A stretch of DNA of 64,000 nucleotides from Anaerolineales bacterium (GTDB lineage: Bacteria; Chloroflexota; Anaerolineae; Anaerolineales; RBG-16-64-43), in NCBI GenBank assembly GCA_050012135.1, contig JBEKHT010000004.1, forward strand, positions 13,249 to 77,248, read 5' to 3'. Under the pieces are notes generated by a model that was not told the origin of the DNA, ran no database searches, and was given only the letters and a program-made list of their open reading frames with translations. Shown here in pieces: positions 55,980 through 63,674 of this stretch. The first letter of the stretch is position 1; each line of letters begins with the position of its first letter. Both the position numbers and the translations under genes were made by a program.

Positions 55980-56885
55980 GTGTCCCAAAGACAATTGCTT
56001 GGGCAGGTTGGAATTGGCCTGCAGCTTTCCCCGTTGGACACCGCGTACCAGGATTTCCTCCTCTCTCGGCAGGCCATGCCTTGCACGGACGCGACCATGC
56101 AGCACTACCGCTATACGGCTGGCGTGTTCGTCACCTGGCTCCAGCTCCAAGGCGTGACAGATCCGAAAGGGGTCACGGCTGGCCACGTCCGCCAGTGGCA
56201 GGCCGAAAATGCAGGCCGCCTGAAAGACACCTCGCAGCATGCCAGGGCGAGGGGCGTTCGCACCTTCCTGCGTTTCCTCCACACGGAAGAGACTGTTCCC
56301 ACCCTCGTGAAAGTGCAAATGCCCAGGCTCGAAAAGAGGCGACTTCCCTGCCTCGAAGCGGATGAGGTCCATCGGATCCTGAAGGACTGTGACGCCAGGA
56401 AGAGGGCGATCGTCATGCTCCTGGCCAGCTCGGGAGTCCGGGCCGCTGAGCTCTGTAATCTCACTTGGGGAGACCTGGACATGCAGACCGGCCTGCTTTT
56501 CGTGCATCGCGGGAAGGGCCGCAAAGATCGCACCACGGTGGTCAGCCCGAAGGCAAGGCGAGCGCTACTCCGCTACCGCAGTACTCTCAAGTCGGCGCCG
56601 ACCGCCGAGTCGCCGTTGATCCAGGGCAGGGGAGGGAGGCGACTCGCGCCCTGTTGGCTGTCCCACATGGTTCATCAGTTGGGCAAGCGGAAGGGACTCT
56701 ACGTCACCCCGCATGCGCTCAGGCGAACGTTCGCCATTCAAACCCTACGTGGAGGAATGAACGTGCTCGCGCTGCAGCGCTTGCTAGGTCACGCGGACCT
56801 TAGCATGACGCAACACTCTTGCCAGCTGCTCGACGAGGACTTGATCCGGGCGCACGAAAAGGCCGATCTCGACTCGTGGCTCTAA
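55980..56885 (+). CDS. tyrosine recombinase family integrase (catalytic Tyr position is Ser)
   Basis: SSGVRAAEL (Arg I), HALRRTF (His-x-x-Arg) and LLGHADLSMTQHSCQL align gap-free to XerD LLGHSDLSTTQIYTHV. The GTG start lies behind GGAAGGAGG. Confidence 0.85.
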   Translation: MSQRQLLGQVGIGLQLSPLDTAYQDFLLSRQAMPCTDATMQHYRYTAGVFVTWLQLQGVTDPKGVTAGHVRQWQAENAGRLKDTSQHARARGVRTFLRFLHTEETVPTLVKVQMPRLEKRRLPCLEADEVHRILKDCDARKRAIVMLLASSGVRAAELCNLTWGDLDMQTGLLFVHRGKGRKDRTTVVSPKARRALLRYRSTLKSAPTAESPLIQGRGGRRLAPCWLSHMVHQLGKRKGLYVTPHALRRTFAIQTLRGGMNVLALQRLLGHADLSMTQHSCQLLDEDLIRAHEKADLDSWL

Positions 56886-57436
56886 CAGGAGGGCCGAAAG
56901 GCTCCCGACGCCAACCCGGCACATACCACGCGGACTAGGGCCGCGATTCCCCACATGGCCATGAGCGAAATAGTTATCCGTCGGGCGAGTCGGGGGTCAT
57001 GACCACTCCTTCGCTTGGGCAGTCGGCCCAATTCGGTCCGCACAGCTTGGAGCATGGGCTGGCCGTCTTCGTTTTCGACTAGCTCTAGATCGAAGCGTTC
57101 GGGAGGGCTTGAAATCCATCTGACAGCGAGGATCCCACATGCCATCTGTTCGTTGGCAGCTTCCTCACGCAGGCACAGTTGCCAGAAGACAAAGCGGATC
57201 GCCTTCACCTCTGTGAAGACGATGAGAGCGAGAAACACCATCAAGTCGAAGCAAGGAAAAGTGGCGTAGCGGGGGAGCTTGGCGAGGGAGCGGGCAGTAG
57301 CCCCCGTCAGAAAGAGCGCGGTAGCCCCCCAGGCCATTAGCTCCTTGTGGTTGTGGTAGCTCCCCCAAAGCGCCATCTGAGTCCGAATGTATTCGGTTGC
57401 CAAATCGAGTCTGATTGAGGGTCGGTTTTCGGCCAT
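56882..57436 (-). CDS. hypothetical membrane protein (island cargo)
   Basis: The ORF was trimmed to the ATG behind GGAGGAGGA. It has about 3 predicted TMs (WGATALFLTGATA; DLMVFLALIVFTEV; ITISLMAMWGIAALVRVVCAGLA). No motif recognised. Confidence 0.55.
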   Translation of the reverse strand: MAENRPSIRLDLATEYIRTQMALWGSYHNHKELMAWGATALFLTGATARSLAKLPRYATFPCFDLMVFLALIVFTEVKAIRFVFWQLCLREEAANEQMACGILAVRWISSPPERFDLELVENEDGQPMLQAVRTELGRLPKRRSGHDPRLARRITISLMAMWGIAALVRVVCAGLASGAFRPSC

Positions 57437-57518
57437 TGGTCCTCCTCCAGGCGCACGGGCTCGACTCTTGGCCATAGGGGTGGCCTTAGGCAGCACGGCG
57501 ACGCGAGGAACGGGGGGG

Positions 57519-58133
57519 CTATTCTGATGGGGGCTTGAATCCAATCGGCCTCGACGTGTTAGCTTCCTTGTGGAGAACCGCCTTCCTTGTCGGCTTGTCT
57601 AGCCAGTATCTCTCCACGGTGTAGAACCAATCGAGCAATGCCCGTGCGGTCTTGACCCCTTCCTCCTTGTTTACGGTGTTGCCTCGTGTTATGTCATGTT
57701 GCTTCCCCTGTCCAAACCATCGTGCGCCATAGGCATATGAGCTGTTGGGGGCCTCCCTAGCGAAGACCTCAACGAATGGAGTGCTTTCGTCGTCAGCGCT
57801 CTCATAGAAAAAGACTTTCACTGAGAGAGACGACTCATCATGGATGGTGGGGTCCACTTGGGACGGCAAGTCATAGTAGGTTTCATCAGTTGAGAGCACG
57901 AAAAGGTCGAAGCCGTTCAATGTCAGCGTCGCCTGGAGCATTCCTTGGGCATCGGCGGTTTTCTTGTAGCGCTTGACGCTCCTCAGGCCAGCTGCCTCGG
58001 CCTCCTGAGTAAACAGCTCCAACGTTTCAAGCAGACCTTGGCGAAACGGGATTAATCTGTCTAGCAGTTGCCTCCTCCTCGACCCGAGTTTGTCCTCTTT
58101 GGCCTTCAATTCTGATATGTTGGCGCCTGGCAT
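57519..58133 (-). CDS. hypothetical protein (island cargo)
   Basis: 205 aa behind AGGAGG in visibly AT-richer DNA. The composition looks like a soluble protein. No motif recognised. Confidence 0.6.
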   Translation of the reverse strand: MPGANISELKAKEDKLGSRRRQLLDRLIPFRQGLLETLELFTQEAEAAGLRSVKRYKKTADAQGMLQATLTLNGFDLFVLSTDETYYDLPSQVDPTIHDESSLSVKVFFYESADDESTPFVEVFAREAPNSSYAYGARWFGQGKQHDITRGNTVNKEEGVKTARALLDWFYTVERYWLDKPTRKAVLHKEANTSRPIGFKPPSE

Positions 58134-58223
58134 ATGCATCCTCCTATTGTGCCGAGATAAGCCCAAATTCCCCACCACGATTGTAGGCGCAGCCGTGACA
58201 GGCCGCAACCGTTCGCGGGGGAT

Positions 58224-58439
58224 CTACAGGCTGTTGCCCCAGCCATGAGCTAAGGCGGAGCGCACCTCGCGGCGAAGGTCAGATCTCTTGACGGGGAACT
58301 GAAGGCCGGTGTCGCAGCCGTCGGGGTCGATCTGGGAGAAGAGGTAGAAGGCCGGGTCGCCACACGTGAAGACTCGGAACCGGCCCCATGTAGACTTCAC
58401 CACGGCGACATACTGCATGACCTGATACCGGCGATCCAT
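58224..58439 (-). CDS. hypothetical small protein (island cargo, possibly 5'-truncated by the IS insertion)
   Basis: 71-aa ORF. After conceptual removal of the IS, the frame continues upstream to ATG 59910 or 59934. Confidence 0.45.
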   Translation of the reverse strand: MDRRYQVMQYVAVVKSTWGRFRVFTCGDPAFYLFSQIDPDGCDTGLQFPVKRSDLRREVRSALAHGWGNSL

Positions 58440-58490
58440 TTCTGCGCACGTCGCAGCCCTGGCGGGCGTTCGCCAGTGATATCGTTCCTG

Positions 58491-59867
58491 TAGCAGGCTG
58501 CGGAAGAATCTGGAACGAACAAGCGAATGACCTTCATGGCAGTTCTTGAATCCACCCTCAGTTGGTCAACCGCCCAAGTCAGGGCTCCCGAAAAACCCTT
58601 TTGGGGAGCTCATGTGCCTCGGATCTTCAGCCTTGCGAGCGCCTGGCGATTAGGCCCTCGCGGCTTCGAGATTCCTGATCCGCAGCAGGTCGAATGCTGT
58701 CAGACAGAAGATGAATATCCAACCCACGCGCGGCGCACCCCGGTGACGCGTCTTCCTCAAGGCTCCCACTGTCTTCATCCAGCCAAAGACCTTCTCAATC
58801 AGCTTTCGCTTCCATTGACTGAGCTCGTATCCCTTGTGCCGAGTGGTGCGGCCGTCAATCGCACTGCGGCGATGGCTCTCGTTTTGGGCCACATGAGGTG
58901 TGACCCCCATCTCTCGCAACGTCGTCACGAAGCCCCGCGTGTCGAAGCTCTTGTCCCCTCCCACCGTCAGCCGCCCCGGTGCCTTCTTTTGGCCGCCCGC
59001 ACCATCTCTTCTGCCGCATCTCGCTCCGCCGTGCCCGTCGCCTGCGTCAGCCGGGCATCCACCACCAGCCCATTGCGGTTTTCCATCAGGACGTGCCCCA
59101 GGTAGCACAGCTTGGCTTCTTTCCCCGGGCCCTTGCGATACAGCTTGGCCTGCGGATCCGTCGTGGATTGGTGGGTCGCATTCGTCCGCCTCTCGCCGTG
59201 GAAGTCCTCTTGCGAACTGGCCCCGGAATCATCCGGCCCCTTGCTCGACGCCTTGTGCCGCCTCCGGTAGCTTTTGTTTCCCGCCCAGGCTTCGATCAGC
59301 GTGCCATCCACGGTGAAATGCTCGTCGCTGGTAAGCCCCTTTTCGCTTGCCAGGGCAAGCACTTCCTTGAAGAAGGCTTGGGCAATCTTGCCCTCCAGCA
59401 ACCGCCGGCGGTTCTTGTTGAACACGGTGGGGTCCCAGATCGGGTCGTCCATGCTCAGCCCCACGAACCAGCGGAAAAGCATGTTGTAGTCGAGCTGCTC
59501 CATCAGCATCCGCTCGCTGCGGATGGTGTAAAGCACCTGAAGCAAGAGGGCCCTCAGCAACCGCTCCGGAGGGATCGACGGTCGTCCCACCTTGGAGTAC
59601 AGCTTATCGAAGCGGGGCGACAAGCGCTCGAGGACCTCGTCCACCATCTTCCGGATGGACCGCAGGGGATGATCGGCCGGAATCCTCTGCTCCTGAGACA
59701 CATACGACCACATCCCGGTGTCATCACTGTCATTTCCGCGCATGGCCCTCGACCTCCGTCATCGCTTGATCACTACGCAGTGGCCGCGCAGCAGGCTACA
59801 ACACCCGGTCGAGGGTTAGAGATTCGTTTTCAATGGCTTCAGTCAGACGTTTTTCCGCAACCTGCTA
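58491..59867 (-). mobile_element. IS5-family insertion sequence (about 1.38 kb)
   Basis: Imperfect terminal inverted repeats: TAGCAGGCTGCGGAAGAAT (58491-) against the reverse complement of 59849-59867, TAGCAGGTTGCGGAAAAAC. It encloses a DDE transposase. A possible TA target duplication flanks it. Confidence 0.8.
58650..59743 (-). pseudogene. IS5-family DDE transposase split by a +1 frameshift
   Basis: ORF 58967-59743 has the DUF772-like N-terminus and the first Asp (FTVDGTLIEA). ORF 58650-59108 has GGDKSFDT...IEKVFGWMK. The frames switch near GCGGCCAAAAGAAGG at about 58985. Confidence 0.75.
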
Positions 59868-60363
59868 GACGAATCAGCGCCGGAGTGCGCTCGTCAATCC
59901 AGTTCTCCATCTGCCGATCCCAAGCCCAACCCATTCAGCACCCCGGAGCAAAAACCGTCTGCCACTTGCGCAGGCGGTCGGGCGGTGCTAATCTGACCTT
60001 GCCGCGCACTCGCCTGCGTTGGCCTCCGCCCGGTCGCTCAAACGACGCGGGCGGTTTCGTACATTCCAATGATAGCACTCAAGTCAATGCCAAGACTGGC
60101 GGCCGTTCGCCATTTTTTTGATCCGCTGCGCGGTTGACCTCGCCTCCGATCCGCTGTAAGGTGACATTGCCGTGGGGAACCTTGACCTGGCCCCCCTAAG
60201 CAAAGGCCGCTCGCAAGGGCGACCTTTTGAATCCTTCAGTTTCCGCCATCTTGGCTGAAACTCCCACGACGTCGCCCCGCTCATCACCTCTCGCTTCAGC
60301 TTCGGATCCGACAGAACACGACGGGCTCGGACCTCGCCCTGTCCAGGTAGCACGCTGACGCGG

Positions 60364-61410
60364 CTACAATTCCTTCGACTGAGCCCGAGCAATCACCTCC
60401 CGCACTTGCTTTCGGGTGTTAATTGGGAATATCTGGACTTCGGGATGACTTCCTGCAAACACGCGGAAGACCTCGTCGCCGAAAGCCAGACCAATTGTCT
60501 TGATGCCACGGAAGTCGAGGACAATTTCCTTGAACCTCTCGAATCGAACAAGCAGACGTTTCGCTTGGGATCGGGAGACCAAGTTTTCCTCACCGACGCG
60601 GGCAAGCGTAACGGGGACGACGGTTCGAGTGAAACCGAACTCACCATCTTGCGTTGTGAACTGATCAAAGACCTTTCGAGTTGTCCGCTGGGATCGTGTC
60701 GAGATCGACATCCGAATGTAGGTGCCCTCAGTGATCTTGCCATTGGCTTCTAAGAGCCAATCCTCGAGCTTGCCGACAGGTCGTGTATGGCTAAAGAAGA
60801 GGCTTCCCGACATCATCACGAAATCGTCGAACATTCTCGAGGTGAAGAACACGCCTTCGCCGGTGTGATGGTTGGGATCGGTAGTCACCTTGCCTTTTGC
60901 GAGTTCAAGAATGCTGTCGCGGGGGTCGGGCAGGTTTAGAGCCCGCTGGATCTTGTTGAAGATGCCCACCCCATTGTCCGAGACCACGAGTCGCACAGAT
61001 GCCAGCGTGTAGGTAAGGCCTACCGAGGCGGAAATCGCCTCTGAGTGGTCAACCACATTCTGGAGCATCTCAGTGAGCCCGTACTCGCAGATGTGGACCA
61101 CGTTTTCGGGGAGGTTGGCCAGCAGGGGGCGGACGTCGTCGCGCCAGACGATGTCTTCCTGCAGTCCGGGCCATACGGTATATGGAAAAATCTTGTCGAC
61201 GATGGGCAGGAGCCTGTATGCCCTGTCCCGCGTCCTACCCTCCACGCCCACTTGTCCATCTTGGATGAGCTGGTGCATGTGACGAAGAACAGCGGGTCTG
61301 CTTATGTCGAATTGACTTGCCGTGAATGAGACGACGTCCTTGGGGTGGTCAGCCACATTGGCGACCAGAAAGGCTCTTATCTTCTCACTGCCGGCGCGTT
61401 GAGATGGCAT
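60364..61410 (-). CDS. wHTH - GHKL ATPase (SpoIIAB/RsbW-like) - STAS-like (DUF4325-type) fusion protein
   Basis: HTH-like FDISRPAVLRHMHQLIQDGQV. N-box EMLQNVVDHS, G1 VVSDNGVGI, G2 HHTGEGVFF. The C-terminus reads SRSQAKRLLVRFERFKEIVLDFRGIKTIGLAFGDEVFRVF. Confidence 0.75.
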   Translation of the reverse strand: MPSQRAGSEKIRAFLVANVADHPKDVVSFTASQFDISRPAVLRHMHQLIQDGQVGVEGRTRDRAYRLLPIVDKIFPYTVWPGLQEDIVWRDDVRPLLANLPENVVHICEYGLTEMLQNVVDHSEAISASVGLTYTLASVRLVVSDNGVGIFNKIQRALNLPDPRDSILELAKGKVTTDPNHHTGEGVFFTSRMFDDFVMMSGSLFFSHTRPVGKLEDWLLEANGKITEGTYIRMSISTRSQRTTRKVFDQFTTQDGEFGFTRTVVPVTLARVGEENLVSRSQAKRLLVRFERFKEIVLDFRGIKTIGLAFGDEVFRVFAGSHPEVQIFPINTRKQVREVIARAQSKEL

Positions 61411-61449
61411 AGTGCGGACCCCTCCGTATTCTAAACAATTCTAGGTCCT

Positions 61450-61478
61450 ATTGTAAACATTATCGATCAGATTGTCAA
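61450..61478 (-). promoter_or_regulatory. near-consensus sigma70 promoter upstream of the GHKL-STAS gene
   Basis: The minus strand reads TTGACA, a 17-nt spacer, then TACAAT, about 40 nt before the ATG, with RBS GGAGGGG. Confidence 0.55.
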
Positions 61479-61668
61479 CATACCATTCCATGACCCCGCT
61501 CTTGATCGTCGCCTCGGCAATGAGTCGAACGCTCGCCAGTGATATCGCCACTCGACTAACCAGCGGAAACGTGGTAAAAGAATTGCCGCCCGACTTTGAG
61601 AGACGGGCATTGATCAGGGAAGGTGAGTTTTACAGGAGCTGAGGTTCCTCACCCCGAAAACCGTTGGG

Positions 61669-61717
61669 TTGCTTGCGGAGCAAGGGGTCGCGCGTTCGAG
61701 TCGCGCCGGGGGCGCCT
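61669..61717 (+). repeat. attR copy of the 49-bp direct repeat (orphan 3' part of tRNA-Arg)
   Basis: Identical to 55828-55876. The preceding sequence does not encode a tRNA 5' half. Confidence 0.9.
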
Positions 61718-61726
61718 TTGGCATGA

Positions 61727-61751
61727 GGCCGCGGATTCGCGGCCTTTTTTT
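61727..61751 (+). terminator. rho-independent terminator (original tRNA-Arg terminator)
   Basis: GGCCGCG-GATT-CGCGGCC followed by TTTTTTT. Confidence 0.75.
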
Positions 61752-61876
61752 GTTGCCTGCCGTACGCAAGACGAAAAGGGCGCGATGCGCATGCCGTTTG
61801 GCGTGAGAGGCCATTTTCCACGCCTGTGCCTTGCCGCTTGTCTGGGAGGGATTCTTGGGTGCTAGCCGCTGCTCTT

Positions 61877-62320
61877 TCAACTGGGGTTGTTCTTCTTTCG
61901 GGGGTAGTAGGCGAGGAGACCAACCAGGATGATTACCACGCCCAGAACGAGTCCGGAGGATTGCAGATAGCCAAAATGCATCGGCTGGGGGAATCGTTCG
62001 CTCCCCAGGCCAATCAGGTCAACGTTGCTGGAGAATGCCGCGAGGAAGTAGCCCGTCGCCATCAAGCGGGCGCCCACATCTTGGAATAGGCTCGGCGCGT
62101 GATCCTCCCGCCGCATGAGCCTGGCAACGGCGTAGGAGGAGAGTGTGATCACCGCCAGCGCGGTAAGGAAAACCAAGATCTTGAAGTAACCGAAGCCCGG
62201 CCGGTGTGGCAGGCCGAGCAACCCAGGCTGCATCCCGAAAAGAAACAAGAGAAGCCCGATCGCGTCCACGACAAGCAACCGGTTGACCCACAGGGTCTGG
62301 GGGGATGAGTCAGTCCTCAA
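61877..62320 (-). CDS. hypothetical integral membrane protein
   Basis: 147 aa with about 4 TMs. No motif recognised. Confidence 0.55.
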   Translation of the reverse strand: MRTDSSPQTLWVNRLLVVDAIGLLLFLFGMQPGLLGLPHRPGFGYFKILVFLTALAVITLSSYAVARLMRREDHAPSLFQDVGARLMATGYFLAAFSSNVDLIGLGSERFPQPMHFGYLQSSGLVLGVVIILVGLLAYYPRKKNNPS

Positions 62321-62476
62321 GTCAGCCTCCGAACCGCTTCATGTCCGGGCCGCCGGATCCTAGTCCCTGGCTGCAGGGCAGGGGTTGAGACCGACGGACG
62401 CTTGCCTTGGCTGCTACCGGCCTGGACAAGGACCTCTATTCTAAGACAAAGTGCTCTGGCGAGGGGGCTCCCCGAG

Positions 62477-63540
62477 TTCTAATTCTAAGTGCAACGCTAT
62501 GAGGACAATAGCGTTGTATGAAGACCTGCGATCGGCTGCCCAGGGGCGAGCGCATGTTGCCCTTCCAAGGGATCCGCGAACATGATTCTCAAGCCAAGGT
62601 GGCTCGCCAGCTGGGACAGTGGCACCGGAAACGCGGTTTTCCCGACAGGTGGCCTTCCCGATGCACCTGGGCCGCTACCCGACCTGGCGCCTCCGCTTGC
62701 CATCTCCGATTCCGTCTGGCCCATGGCACCTTGCGCCGAACCGTCCTCCTCCTCCAGGGGTGCGGTTGGTCGCCAGAACTAGCTCCTGCCTGCGGCAGCG
62801 GCCGCGCGCAAATCGCGGGTCGCCTGCGGGCGGAATAGGGAAAAGGCGCGATCAACCACGAGAGCCTCTACGGCTTGATCTGCGACTTGCCCCTCGGCCG
62901 TGGGGAGAAAGCTCTGGTTGTGCCTGCGCTGGAGCAAGGAGAAGCGTAGCCACCGCCAGGGCCATCCTGTCCAGGTCAGGCCCATTTCCAACCGTGTCTT
63001 CATCGATTTTCGACTCCGAAGGGCCGATGATCGAACGGAACCGGGACACGGCGAGGCCGATTCACTGCTCTGTGCGCGCGAATAGGCCGTCAGCGTCTTG
63101 ATGGACCGCCAGAGCCGCTTCACCCATGTGACCAAACTCACCGTGCGCACGGCTCAAGAGAGCTGCGTCCCCAACCGGCAACTGGCGGAAAGACCGCAGT
63201 ATAGCCTGACAGCCGGCATTGGCAGCGAGCAAGCTGAGCACGAGCAGATCTCCCAGATCCTGCCCATCGGGTTCTTCCTCTGCTGCCCATGCCATTCCTG
63301 GGAGAAGGGCAGCGTCGAGCCAGTCCCCTGGACTGGCTGCAGGGCACGCTGGCCGAAAGGGCAGGAAATATGAACAGCCTGGTGCGTCGCTACCTTCCTC
63401 GGCCCACTGACATCCACCGCCTCGGTGGAGAGGATCTCGAGGCCATTACGGGTGAACCCAAGGCCGACCTCGCAAGTGGCTCGACTTCCTCACCCCGGCC
63501 GAGGCACTATCGGATCACACCGTTGCACCAGGAAATAGAA
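62477..63540 (+). pseudogene. degraded IS30-family element (transposase broken by several frameshifts)
   Basis: Fragments in different frames fit the IS30 DDE region by eye: ...EPGHGEADSLL..., ...DRQSRFTHVTKL...SLTAGIGSEQAEHEQIS...CHSWEKGSVE..., ...NMNSLVRRYLPRPTDIHRLGGEDLEAI... Candidate terminal IRs are TTCTAATTCTAAGTGCAACG (62477-62496) against the reverse complement of 63521-63540. Confidence 0.5.
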
Positions 63541-63674
63541 TCTGGGCCGTCCCATACCTGCCAGGAAGCTAGGTATAATCGAGGGACGTCTCCGGAACGG
63601 CAGGCAGATCCTCTCGCAGGTAAATGTTATTGGTCGGCCTGCGTTTGTCTTGTCCCGGACCCTCAGGAGGATCG

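Larger units (their letters stand above)
55828..61717 (+). mobile_element. integrated genomic island in tRNA-Arg (attL to attR)
   Basis: A perfect 49-bp direct repeat of the tRNA 3' part bounds it. A tyrosine recombinase gene lies next to attL. The original tRNA terminator is displaced beyond attR. The cargo includes AT-richer DNA and an IS. Confidence 0.75.

Noticed and set aside
58979-60121. 380-aa plus-strand ORF
   Set aside because: It is antisense to the IS5-family transposase and crosses the IS end into flanking DNA, so it is not a gene.
60084-60392. 102-aa minus-strand ORF downstream of the GHKL-STAS gene
   Set aside because: The translation is extremely basic and low complexity, it overlaps the upstream stop and there is no SD. 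It is probably non-coding.
62497-63295. Several 60-120-aa minus-strand ORFs (62497-62724, 62779-63150, 63062-63295)
   Set aside because: They lie antisense to the IS30-like relic, whose plus-strand fragments give a colinear match to transposase motifs. None has a recognisable motif.
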